Below, piece by piece: positions 30,961 through 39,954 of a DNA stretch of 64,000 nucleotides. This stretch comes from Candidatus Hydrogenedentota bacterium (GTDB taxonomy: Bacteria > Hydrogenedentota > Hydrogenedentia > Hydrogenedentales > SLHB01). Position 1 is the first letter of the stretch. Every line of letters starts with the position of its first letter. The notes beneath the pieces were generated by a model, which was not told where the DNA came from, ran no database searches, and saw only the letters and a list, made by a program, of their open reading frames with translations. The translations under genes were made by a program, and so were the position numbers. The stretch is taken from NCBI GenBank assembly GCA_963674865.2, contig CAXXYE010000009.1, positions 384,001 through 448,000 of the forward strand. Direction: 5' to 3'.

Positions 30961-31979
30961 TGAAACGCGCATCCGCCAAGATGAAGAAGCAGAGCTACTG
31001 GCGCCTCGTCGGGCGGCAGTTCCGCAGGAACCCGCTTGCCTTGCTGGGCCTCGCACTCGTCTTCGCACTGTTCATCGTGGCGCTGGCCGCGCCCTTCATC
31101 GCCGGTGACGTGCCCATCTACATGGTGAAAGACGGCGCAACCTATTGGTTCCCGAACCTCTTCACCTACGGCACGCTCCAGGAGCAGAACCTCTACGGCA
31201 ACTTCGACCGCTGGGAACCGGCCGAAGGCGAAACCGCGCTTTGGCCCGTCATCCCCTACTCGCCCCTCTCCCAGCGGCCCAGGGAGCGTCTTCAGCGGCC
31301 AAGCCGTGACCACCTTCTCGGCACGGACGACCGCGGACGCGATGTCCTCAGCCGACTTATCTGGGGCACCCGCATCTCCATCAGCATCGGATTCGTCGCC
31401 GTGGGCATCGCCGTCGTCATCGGCGTCATTCTCGGCGCGCTCGCGGGATACTACGGCGGAACCACCGACATCATCGTCCAGCGCGTCATCGAGGTGATGA
31501 TGTGCTTCCCCACCTTCTTCCTCATCTTGACGCTCATTGCCGTCCTGCCCCCGAGCATATACAACATCATGGTTGTCATCGGCTTGACGGGCTGGACGGG
31601 CATCGCTCGGCTCGTGCGCGGCGAGTTTCTCCGGCTCCGCGACAGCGACTACGCCGTCGCCGCCCGGGCCTCCGGCCTCACCGACCGCCGCGTCATGTTC
31701 CGCCACATACTGCCCAACGCCCTCGCCCCCGTGTTGGTAAGCGCCACCTTCGGCATTGCGGGGGCCATTCTCACCGAGTCCGGCCTGAGCTTTCTCGGAT
31801 TCGGCGTACCACCCCCCACCCCCAGTTGGGGCGAAGTCCTGAAACAATCCCAGCGCTACGTTGACTCAGCCTGGTGGCTGGTGATGTATCCCGGCGTCGC
31901 CGTCTTCCTCACGGTGACCGCCTTCAACCTCGTCGGCGAGGGCCTGCGCGACGCCATGGATCCGCGCCTGAGGGAATAG
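30960..31979 (+). CDS. oppC: Oligopeptide ABC transporter permease
   Basis: HLLGTDDRGRDVLSRLIWG, RHILPN, FNLVGEGLRDAMDPR. Confidence 0.95.
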   Translation: MKRASAKMKKQSYWRLVGRQFRRNPLALLGLALVFALFIVALAAPFIAGDVPIYMVKDGATYWFPNLFTYGTLQEQNLYGNFDRWEPAEGETALWPVIPYSPLSQRPRERLQRPSRDHLLGTDDRGRDVLSRLIWGTRISISIGFVAVGIAVVIGVILGALAGYYGGTTDIIVQRVIEVMMCFPTFFLILTLIAVLPPSIYNIMVVIGLTGWTGIARLVRGEFLRLRDSDYAVAARASGLTDRRVMFRHILPNALAPVLVSATFGIAGAILTESGLSFLGFGVPPPTPSWGEVLKQSQRYVDSAWWLVMYPGVAVFLTVTAFNLVGEGLRDAMDPRLRE

Positions 31980-31982
31980 CAC

Positions 31983-33038
31983 GTGACGATCCAACACGAA
32001 CAGAAACCGGCCCTCCGCATCCAAGGGCTCAAGACGTACTTCTACACCGACGCGGGCGTCGCCCGTGCCGTGGATGACGTCTCCCTGGACATTCCCGCCG
32101 GCAAGACCCTCGCCCTCGTCGGCGAGAGCGGATGCGGCAAGAGCGTCACGGCCCTCTCCATCCTCCGCCTGGTGCCCCGGCCCCCGGGCCGCATCGTCGG
32201 CGGTAAGGTCATGCTCGATGGACAAGACCTGCTCGGGATCTCTGAGCGCGCCATGCGGTCGATTCGCGGCAACCGCATTTCGATGATCTTCCAGGAGCCT
32301 ATGACCTCCCTCAATCCGGTATTCCGCGTGGGCCGGCAGATCGCCGCCATCCTCACGCTCCATCGCGGCCTCTCCCGCGCGGACGCCCGCGCCGCGGCCA
32401 TCGATCTTCTCGACAAGGTCGGTATCCCTTCCCCCGAACAGCGTGTAGACGATTACCCGCACCAGATGTCCGGCGGCATGCGGCAGCGCGCCATGATCGC
32501 CATGGCCCTCGCCTGCGATCCGGAATTGCTCATCGCCGACGAGCCTACCACCGCGCTCGATGTCACCATCCAGGCCCAGATCCTCGACCTGCTCCGGAAC
32601 CTCCAACAACAACGCGGGATGGCTATTATGTTGATCACCCATGATTTGGGCGTCGTCGCCGAGACCGCCGACGAAGTGGCCATCATGTACGCGGGCAAGA
32701 TCGTCGAACAGGCCGCTGTCTCGGACTTGTTCGCGCATCCCAGGCATCCCTACACCCTGGGCCTCTTCGGCTCCCTGCCGAAACTCGGTGCCCGTCGTGA
32801 ACGGCTCAAAACTATCCCCGGCCAGGTGCCCGCCGCCACCGATTTCCCCCAAGGTTGCCGGTTCCACCCGCGCTGCCACTACGCCATGGATACCTGCGCC
32901 CAGCAGGAGCCGCCTCTCGAAGACGTTGCCCCCGGACACCGCGCCGCCTGCTGGCTCCACGACGCCGAGGTCATGAAAGCCCACGCCCGCCCCGTCGGCC
33001 TGCCGGACGGCGCCCCCCCGGAGCCCACGGAACAATGA
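31983..33038 (+). CDS. oppD: Oligopeptide ABC transporter ATP-binding protein
   Basis: [36 protein letters not shown]. Confidence 0.95.
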   Translation: MTIQHEQKPALRIQGLKTYFYTDAGVARAVDDVSLDIPAGKTLALVGESGCGKSVTALSILRLVPRPPGRIVGGKVMLDGQDLLGISERAMRSIRGNRISMIFQEPMTSLNPVFRVGRQIAAILTLHRGLSRADARAAAIDLLDKVGIPSPEQRVDDYPHQMSGGMRQRAMIAMALACDPELLIADEPTTALDVTIQAQILDLLRNLQQQRGMAIMLITHDLGVVAETADEVAIMYAGKIVEQAAVSDLFAHPRHPYTLGLFGSLPKLGARRERLKTIPGQVPAATDFPQGCRFHPRCHYAMDTCAQQEPPLEDVAPGHRAACWLHDAEVMKAHARPVGLPDGAPPEPTEQ

Positions 33039-34051
33039 GCGCTATGTCACACCAGCGGAAAGACTTAGTCGTTGTTCGCGATCTGGTGAAACACTTCCCC
33101 GTGCGGCGCGGCGTGTTCTCGCGGGTGGCGGGCCACGTCCGAGCCGTGGACGGCATCAGCTTCGCCATTCCCCGAGGCAAGACGTTGAGCCTCGTGGGGG
33201 AGAGCGGCAGCGGGAAGACCACGGCTGGGCGGGCGCTCTTGCGCCTCATCGAGCCGACCGCCGGGTCGATCCATTTCGACGGTATCGACGTGATGGCGTT
33301 GAATTCACGCGAGTTGCGCGGCTTGCGCAAGCGGATGCAGCTCATTTTCCAGGACCCGTACGGCTCGCTCAACCCCCGCATGACCGTTGCGGCCGTGCTC
33401 AGCGAAGTCCTTGGCGTGTATGGAGTTGTCCCGCGTGCGGAGCGCAGGGGACGGGTCCTCGAGATCCTCGACATGGTCGGCCTGGCCCCGGAAAGCGCCG
33501 ACCGCTATCCCCATGAGTTCAGCGGGGGACAGCGCCAACGCATCGGGGTGGCGCGCGCCCTCGCCTGCGAGCCGGACCTTATCGTCGCCGACGAGCCGGT
33601 CTCCGCTCTCGATGTGTCTATCCAGGCCCAGATCCTGAATCTATTGGAGGATCTACAGGAACGCCTTGGCCTCGCGTATCTATTTATAGGCCACGACCTT
33701 AGTGTCGTCCAGCACATCTCGGACACCGTCGCCGTCATGTACCTCGGACGCATTGTCGAGATGGGCCCAGTAGACACGATTTTCGACGCCACCGTACACC
33801 CCTACACCAAAGCGCTGCTCTCGGCAGTGCCCATCCCGGACCCGGAGCGCAAGCGCAGCCGCATCCTGCTGCCGGGGGATATGCCGAGCCCCATCAACCC
33901 GCCTCCGGGATGCCCCTTCCATCCTCGCTGTCCCGATGCACAACCCGAGTGCCGCCAACGGGTTCAGCGGCTCGTTGAGGTCACCCCCGGACACACCGCC
34001 GCCTGCCACGTCCATGCCCCGTCCGCGGAAGCAGCCACCAAACCAGCTTAG
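33035..34051 (+). CDS. oppF: Oligopeptide ABC transporter ATP-binding protein
   Basis: [37 protein letters not shown]. Confidence 0.95.
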   Translation: MSAMSHQRKDLVVVRDLVKHFPVRRGVFSRVAGHVRAVDGISFAIPRGKTLSLVGESGSGKTTAGRALLRLIEPTAGSIHFDGIDVMALNSRELRGLRKRMQLIFQDPYGSLNPRMTVAAVLSEVLGVYGVVPRAERRGRVLEILDMVGLAPESADRYPHEFSGGQRQRIGVARALACEPDLIVADEPVSALDVSIQAQILNLLEDLQERLGLAYLFIGHDLSVVQHISDTVAVMYLGRIVEMGPVDTIFDATVHPYTKALLSAVPIPDPERKRSRILLPGDMPSPINPPPGCPFHPRCPDAQPECRQRVQRLVEVTPGHTAACHVHAPSAEAATKPA

Positions 34052-34112
34052 GGTAAGTCTCTCCCCTTCAACGGCTTGACCAACTTCCCCCTTCCCTTCC
34101 GAAGACCAACCG

Positions 34113-34592
34113 TCAGTCCTCTTCTGGGGACCAGCAGGGCGTGACCTGGGGCCGTGGCGCGGGCGGAGATCCGCCAACCACTTGATGTACTTGAGTTTGC
34201 GGGCGGACGGCATGGGAAGCGGCCAAAGCGCCTTGGGCCTGTTTGTAATGGTCGGTCAGTTCTCGCAAGCGGGTCTCGCCCGGGAGATTGGCGTTTTGGA
34301 TAAGTGCTTTTGCCACAAGGGCTTGAATCGGCGATGCGCCCTGTCCCGGGTGGGCGTCTTGCTGGGCGAAGTAGGCGTAGACAATGGCCCAGATCGCCTG
34401 GCGTTTTGTTATACCCAATGTGGTGGCCAGGGCCTCGACGCGGCCATCTATGTACTTGTCGCCTAATGGGTTATCGGCGACTCTGCGGACGTAGGCGGAG
34501 AAGGTCATCTTGGCCTCTTTGGCCTCGGCTTTGAGCCGTTCATATTGCTCCGGCGGGAGGGAAATGAAGGTCCGGGTGAAGTTCTTTTTCAT
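34113..34592 (-). CDS. Ribbon-helix-helix (CopG/MobC-like) putative DNA-binding protein
   Basis: TRTFISLPPEQYERLKAEAKEAKMTFSAYVRRV fits the strand-helix-helix pattern; GAGGT RBS. Confidence 0.6.
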   Translation of the reverse strand: MKKNFTRTFISLPPEQYERLKAEAKEAKMTFSAYVRRVADNPLGDKYIDGRVEALATTLGITKRQAIWAIVYAYFAQQDAHPGQGASPIQALVAKALIQNANLPGETRLRELTDHYKQAQGALAASHAVRPQTQVHQVVGGSPPAPRPQVTPCWSPEED

Positions 34593-34605
34593 GGCGTCAA
34601 CCTCG

Positions 34606-34724
34606 TTTTGTTATACGATTGTGCCTGAAAAGGGGTCATTTTTCAACCGTTTTTCGCTCGTTTTGGGTCGAAAAGGGGCGGAAATGATCGAAAATGGACC
34701 CAAAATGAGCGACTTTTTTCGGGC
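34606..34724. other. Phased A/T-tract (predicted curved) DNA with internal inverted repeat
   Basis: A/T tracts about every 10-11 bp; TCGCTCGTTTTGGGTC...GACCCAAAATGAGCGA. Confidence 0.7.
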
Positions 34725-34849
34725 CCTCTCCGGGAATACGTCCATGGATACTACATATTACGCCGCGCCCGGCCAAGGGAACGAAACAGACCCGCGAGTC
34801 CATTAGCAGACTAAGTTTGTTGTATGATGCCAGGCCGCAACGGGGGAGT

Positions 34850-35335
34850 GCTCTGGGAAAAGGGGGAGATTCGGGGCTGGATGATGGAGAGGTCTAAACG
34901 CGGAGGCGGAGAGGGCGCGGAGGCGCGCGGAGAGTGGGCAGGCAGGGCGGCTTGCGAGGCGCGGGCATCAACGGCGGGTCGCGACCCGCCCTGATACGCC
35001 GCTCCGGGTGAGCAAAGGTGAATGCTGGGATGATGTCAAGCTGAAGCTTGAACTCCGACCGTGTCGCGGGGGTGAGGTCGGGGATCGGTAAGCGGGGCCT
35101 GTGGCTCTTTGCAGCGGGGCGAGGAGGCATGGGCGCCTTGCCTGTTGTTTGCGGCTGTCGCCGCAAGCCAAGCAGCTCTGTGGGCCACGTTTGCTGCGCA
35201 AGCCGCGGCCGGCTTGAACTCCGAACGCGGGGCGGGGGTTGGGTTGGGTGGATGACGCTTGGAGTGGTCGTGTGCAGAGCCGCAGTTGCGGGGAGAGGAA
35301 ATCGTGGCCACAGATGAACGCAGATAGACACAGCA
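34850..35335. repeat. Mosaic repeat locus B
   Basis: 34911-34991 is a direct repeat of 37361-37441; 35076-35213 is an inverted copy of 29547-29684; 35036-35080 resembles 53160-53204; GCTTGAACTCCGA at 35046 and 35212. Confidence 0.9.
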
Positions 35336-35465
35336 GAGCGCAAGCACGGAAGCGAGGCGGCTGAGAGCCGCTGTCGGAATAGGCGGCCGTCACGGCTCGG
35401 TCCACTTGGTTTCCGGAAGCCAGACTTCACGCGCGGGCGTTCGCTCCCGGTGGCTTGCTCCGGCG

Positions 35466-35795
35466 TTATCTTGGGCGGTTCAAGATGATCGTGAGCCAGA
35501 TGGCGCCAACGGTGGTGGCGAAGATACCTCCAACCGTGATACAGGATCCGGTCCGCCACAACATGTCCGGGCCTCGCTGCGCCACAACGTTGTACTGCTC
35601 ATCGAAGGTGAATCTGGCTAACGCTCCGGCCGTATGACAAGCACCACCGGCGCCAAGCAGGCCGAGGCCGACAGCGAGTAGCACGGCACTGAGGCATCTC
35701 TGGCGCAATCCTGTGAAGAGCGCCAAAGCGGAGAGCATAAGAAGAAGCACGATTAAGCCGTAGCTTTCGAGGTGGCTGAGAAGAACCGTGTTCAT
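35466..35795 (-). CDS. Small hypothetical membrane protein (3 TM)
   Basis: 109 aa, three hydrophobic segments, GGAGGA RBS. Confidence 0.65.
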   Translation of the reverse strand: MNTVLLSHLESYGLIVLLLMLSALALFTGLRQRCLSAVLLAVGLGLLGAGGACHTAGALARFTFDEQYNVVAQRGPDMLWRTGSCITVGGIFATTVGAIWLTIILNRPR

Positions 35796-35820
35796 TGTGT
35801 TCCTCCAGGCGGCCGGCGGC

Positions 35821-36987
35821 TCACGGCCCGTCGTCCGTGGCCGGTTGCGCAGCGCCTTCCCGGCGGTAGTACTCGAGTTCGCCTTGGGGTGTGCGGAGTA
35901 TGAGTCGGGAGCAGTCGGGGCAGCGTATCAGGGAGCCCACGTACGCGGCGCTGCGAGCAAGGCATCCGAGCTTGTCCTTTTCATTGGCGGCGCGAAGCGC
36001 ATCGAATTCGGATGAGAGAAACGCCATGTAGTCTGCGTCGGCTATGAGGGCATAGGACTCGCATCTTGCTAGATCGTCCGGGTGCGGGCCGCAGAGTTCG
36101 CGGCCGCATAGGCAACGGCAACGCATGGTGTCTTGCTCCATTGTTACGCGTCCCGCGCAGGCTTGATTGGGCTCCGAGTGCGCCGCTGGGCACGGATCGG
36201 GCGCGGGCCTCGTACAGGGCCTTTGCGTGTCCTTCGTCGGTGTGTTCCCCAAGCTATCCAGGCATACCACGGTGCACTCGGTGAAATTGAACACCGGCAC
36301 GTTCTTGACGAACACTTTGCAGTTAACGAGAAGATCGAGGTCCTCGTCCCGCAGCAGTTCAATGCCTTTCAAATGGTTCGCGTAGATCTCGATAAACTTG
36401 CACTCGTTCGGCAACTCCCCACCGAAAGGCGCCAGACAGCACTCGGGCAGGTGGACGTGGTCCAGCTTGCCGTCGTCCGGATCGATCATCTGCAGCGTGT
36501 ATTCCCCACACCACTCTTCCGGGGCATGGCCGTCTGCGATCCATTTGTCCTTCGGCACCGGCGTCTCTCTCACTACGCCGTAGATGCGGTAGACAAACGG
36601 GGAGAGCGGTTCCTCGATATTGGACTTGATGAGGACGATGTCCCCCGGCGAGAAGAGCTGCTCATGTGTGTATAGCTCGAAGTCCGGCGCGTCTGCGGGC
36701 GCGGCACATGAGTCCTGGTGGAGCATTCCATCTACGGTGAATGTCCACTCGCGCGGCCAGGCGCATGCGTCTGAGGATGTCAGCGCGTCCACAGGCGCCT
36801 CCACGATGACATTGCGGTAGTTTGTCATCTCCTGGGGCGTCTCCGTCTCCTCCATGGAGCGCAGGTATTGCCGGGCCTTCTCCCAGGAGGAGAATACGGC
36901 CTCGCCAGCCTGCGAAACGTCCCCGGCCCAATTGCCAAGGCCCAACTGACGCGCAATGTATACGGTCCTGACTCTATCTCTAGCCAT
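35821..36987 (-). CDS. Hypothetical protein, probably two fused genes (second start about 36141, Cys-rich zinc-ribbon-like)
   Basis: 388-aa ORF with GAGGA RBS; P/A/T-rich linker then MEQDTMRCRCLCG...RCPDCSR. Confidence 0.6.
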   Translation of the reverse strand: MARDRVRTVYIARQLGLGNWAGDVSQAGEAVFSSWEKARQYLRSMEETETPQEMTNYRNVIVEAPVDALTSSDACAWPREWTFTVDGMLHQDSCAAPADAPDFELYTHEQLFSPGDIVLIKSNIEEPLSPFVYRIYGVVRETPVPKDKWIADGHAPEEWCGEYTLQMIDPDDGKLDHVHLPECCLAPFGGELPNECKFIEIYANHLKGIELLRDEDLDLLVNCKVFVKNVPVFNFTECTVVCLDSLGNTPTKDTQRPCTRPAPDPCPAAHSEPNQACAGRVTMEQDTMRCRCLCGRELCGPHPDDLARCESYALIADADYMAFLSSEFDALRAANEKDKLGCLARSAAYVGSLIRCPDCSRLILRTPQGELEYYRREGAAQPATDDGP

Positions 36988-37237
36988 ACGTTCCTCACTC
37001 TTCTGTCACGAGCGGCAGACACGGCCCAACGCCCGAAAGAGCCCAACTGACAATCGGACGTGCCAAACCTGTTGGGATCCCCCAAACGCTGGAGGCCGGC
37101 GCATCCGGGCGTGTGCGATCGTCTACTCCGCCTCCGTTGGCGTCCCCGCAGATGATAGTGACACCATACTACACTCTTCGGCCTAGGATGGCTACGGCGT
37201 GCCGGGTGTGCGGGCGTCGGGTTCCGATTGTCTTGAG

Positions 37238-37503
37238 CTCACGCAAAGCCGCGAAGGCGCAAAGGGCTATGCCAAATGTGCCGTGCCTAGCGGGACTTGT
37301 TCTGGGGAACTCGGTGGGCTGGGCGGTTTGGCGTTGGAGAATTGTTGACGCAGATGGGGGGAGGGCGCGGAGGTGCGCGGAGAGTGGGCCGGCAGGGGGC
37401 TTGAAGGGGGCCGAGCATCAACGGCGGGTCACGTCCCGCCCAACGCCGCTGGTGAGTCACTTTCGAGAGACGATGTCACATCCAAGCGCCGTGTGCGCGG
37501 CAC
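37238..37503. repeat. Mosaic repeat locus D
   Basis: 37238-37264 resembles the reverse complement of 50790-50818; about 37300-37456 resembles 34850-35012; 37449-37503 resembles the reverse complement of 12109-12163. Confidence 0.85.
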
Positions 37504-37694
37504 GGCTGGGTCGCGACATGCGGCGTTTCTTCCTTTTGAACCTGCGCGCGGGGGGTGGTATGCTCTCGCGAATCAACAATGTTGGCGTGCCGCCGGTTTG
37601 CGGGACGGGCAAGTGAAGGTGGGCGCTGAATCAAATGCCGGGTCGCCAAGGGCCTCTGCAAGCGCAGGGCTGGTGAATGAAGGAAGGCAAGATC

Positions 37695-39020
37695 ATGGAA
37701 GCGAGGAAGATCAGACGACGTACATTCTTGTTTGGAACAGCGCTCACCGCGGCGGGTTGCGCCGTGGGACGCCCGCGGGTGAGTCTTGTTTCGCCCAACG
37801 AGAAGCTGAACGTGGCCGGTATCGGCGTGGGCGGCAAAGGGTACAGCGACCTGGAGAACGTCAGCAGCGAGAATATCGTTGCGCTTTGCGACGTGAGCGA
37901 TAAGAGCGCGGCCAAGGCTTGGGAGCGCTTCCCCAATGCCCGGCGATACCGTGACTACCGCGAGATGCTCGACAAGGAGGCCAATAACATCGACGCCGTC
38001 ACGGTGTCGACGGCCGACCACGCCCACGCGACGGCGGCGTTGGCGGCGATGGAGTTGGGCAAGCACGTGTATGTCCAGAAGCCTCTCACCCATTCGATTC
38101 ACGAGGCGCGCGTTCTCACCGAAGCGGCCCGCCGCTACAAGGTGGCCACGCAGATGGGCAATCAGGGCCATTCGGGCGACGGCGTACGCCAGTTGTGCGA
38201 GATGATTTGGTCCGGCGCCATCGGCCCCGTGCGCGAAGCGCATATCTGGACGAATCGCCCACTATGGCCGCAGGGCATGCCGAAGCCTCTTGATCCGGAG
38301 CCCGTGCCCGGTTTCCTGAAATGGGACCTCTGGCTGAATCACGCGCCCGAGCGGCCGTATAACAAGAAGTATGCGCCGTTCAATTGGCGCGGCTGGTGGG
38401 ATTTCGGCTGCGGCGCCTTGGGCGACATGGGCTGCCACATCATGGATCCGGCGAACTGGTCCTTAAAACTCGGCGCCCCGACGAGCGTGGAAGTCATCCG
38501 TCAGAAGGGCAAGAATGACCAGACCGCGCCGGAGTCGTCCGTGCTCCGCTATGAGTTCCCGGCCCGGGCGGACATGGCTCCCGTCACGGTCTACTGGTAT
38601 GACGGCGGCGAATTGCCCCCACGTCCGGCAGGCGTCGATCCCGACACGAAGCTCGGGGATGGGGCCAACGGCTCGCTGTTCATCGGCGACAAAGGCGTGC
38701 TCACCACGGGTTGCTACGGTGGCCACACCCGATTCCTCCCCGAGGAACTGAACGAAGGCTACACGATGCCCAGGGAGATCATTCCGCGGATCCCGAACGG
38801 CGATCACGCGCAGGACTGGGTCCAGGCGTGTAAGGGCGGCCGGCCCGCCTGCTCGAATTTCGATTATGGCGGCCCCTTCACGGAAACGGTCCTTCTTGGC
38901 AACCTCGCGCTGCGCGTGGGTGGCAAGCTCGAGTGGGACAGCGCGCGGATGAAGGTTACGAACAACCGCGAGGCGAACCAGTACGTCCGCGAGACGTACC
39001 GGAAAGGCTGGGCCCTCTAG
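37695..39020 (+). CDS. Tat-exported Gfo/Idh/MocA oxidoreductase
   Basis: RRRTFL Tat motif, IGVGGKG, YVQKPL, TQMGNQGH, WRGWWDFGCGALGDMGCH. Confidence 0.92.
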   Translation: MEARKIRRRTFLFGTALTAAGCAVGRPRVSLVSPNEKLNVAGIGVGGKGYSDLENVSSENIVALCDVSDKSAAKAWERFPNARRYRDYREMLDKEANNIDAVTVSTADHAHATAALAAMELGKHVYVQKPLTHSIHEARVLTEAARRYKVATQMGNQGHSGDGVRQLCEMIWSGAIGPVREAHIWTNRPLWPQGMPKPLDPEPVPGFLKWDLWLNHAPERPYNKKYAPFNWRGWWDFGCGALGDMGCHIMDPANWSLKLGAPTSVEVIRQKGKNDQTAPESSVLRYEFPARADMAPVTVYWYDGGELPPRPAGVDPDTKLGDGANGSLFIGDKGVLTTGCYGGHTRFLPEELNEGYTMPREIIPRIPNGDHAQDWVQACKGGRPACSNFDYGGPFTETVLLGNLALRVGGKLEWDSARMKVTNNREANQYVRETYRKGWAL

Positions 39021-39046
39021 CCGCACCGCCGATACGGTTCAACACT

Positions 39047-39083
39047 AAGGGCTCTCCCGGGGCAACGCCCGGGAGAGCCCTTC
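39047..39083 (+). terminator. Terminator hairpin
   Basis: AAGGGCTCTCCCGGG-loop-CCCGGGAGAGCCCTT. Confidence 0.7.
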
Positions 39084-39171
39084 TGCATTAGCCACCGGCG
39101 CGTGTGCTGCCGGGCGTGATATACTGGGCACGTTTGAGATTCGAGCCGACAACGACGGGAGATGGGCACAT

Positions 39172-39927
39172 ATGGCGGATCTGCGCGCGGAAATCGAGGA
39201 GCAGTTGCAGGCACTGGAGGAGTTGCGCAAGGGTCGAGAGGCGATTGTGAACCACGTTCGCGACTTGCTCAAGCGGGCCGATGAGAAGCGGCTGTCGACG
39301 GATAAGGAGCAGCGGAAGTGGAGCCGCGCCCTGGATCACCTCGAGGACGGCCTGGACGAGGCCAAGGCGAAGCTGACGCAGTGCGAGGGAGATATCAAGA
39401 AGCTTCGGAAGAAGCTCGAGGACGGCGCGCCGAGCGCCAAGGCCCACCGCCGCCCCGCTGACGCGCCAACGGCGGATGCCGCCGAGCGCCCGATTGCCGA
39501 GGATCCGATCACAGCGGCTCAGCATATCCTGTCGGCGCCGTTTGAAGCCCTCGGCCACATCCCGCTCCAGGAGATCGCCCTGGGGAGGCGTTACCTGATA
39601 GCCCGGGCGCATGGCAGGCCCCGCACCATTGAGCAGCGACGTCTGGCGGGCCGAATTGAGCTGGCGAACCAATGCAGGCGGCGCCTGTTCTCCGCGGCGA
39701 GTGCCACGCCGCCTCAGGAGCGCCGCAAGCAAGTTCTCCTGCGCAACGCCATTGACAAGATTTGTGCCGGCCGGTTCGATGAGGCCACGGAGGCCGAGAT
39801 TGGCCTCGTGATCGGCACGCACAGCCTGCTCGCTCAACGCGTAGATCTGGATGATACCAGCAAGCGTCTCCGCGATGTGTTGTCGGAGGCGGTTTCACGG
39901 CTGGATCAAGAAGAGAACGGCGACTGA
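39172..39927 (+). CDS. Hypothetical protein with N-terminal coiled coil
   Basis: 251 aa, heptad-rich N-terminal 80 aa, GGGAG RBS. Confidence 0.7.
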   Translation: MADLRAEIEEQLQALEELRKGREAIVNHVRDLLKRADEKRLSTDKEQRKWSRALDHLEDGLDEAKAKLTQCEGDIKKLRKKLEDGAPSAKAHRRPADAPTADAAERPIAEDPITAAQHILSAPFEALGHIPLQEIALGRRYLIARAHGRPRTIEQRRLAGRIELANQCRRRLFSAASATPPQERRKQVLLRNAIDKICAGRFDEATEAEIGLVIGTHSLLAQRVDLDDTSKRLRDVLSEAVSRLDQEENGD

Positions 39928-39954
39928 GACACGCGAAGCGCGGCCCCAGGCGTT

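Noticed and set aside
34051..34080. Recurring loose TAAG-N-CTT(A/G) palindromes (also about 12190-12212 and 26882-26910)
   Set aside because: Too degenerate to separate from chance by eye; needs a genome-wide motif search
34741..34768. dif (XerCD) site, GGATAC-TACATA-TTACG
   Set aside because: Only the core resembles dif; both outer arms, especially the XerD arm TTATGTTAAAT, match poorly
34894..35559. ORFs inside the repeat loci (also 29442-30200, 29594-29965, 52726-53163)
   Set aside because: Translations of repeat DNA in inconsistent frames between copies, with no RBS or protein-like composition
37020..37080. Integron attC site upstream of the ORFan block (CCCAAC...GTTGGGC)
   Set aside because: Short, no convincing inner L-box pairing, no similar sites after the other ORFans, no intI
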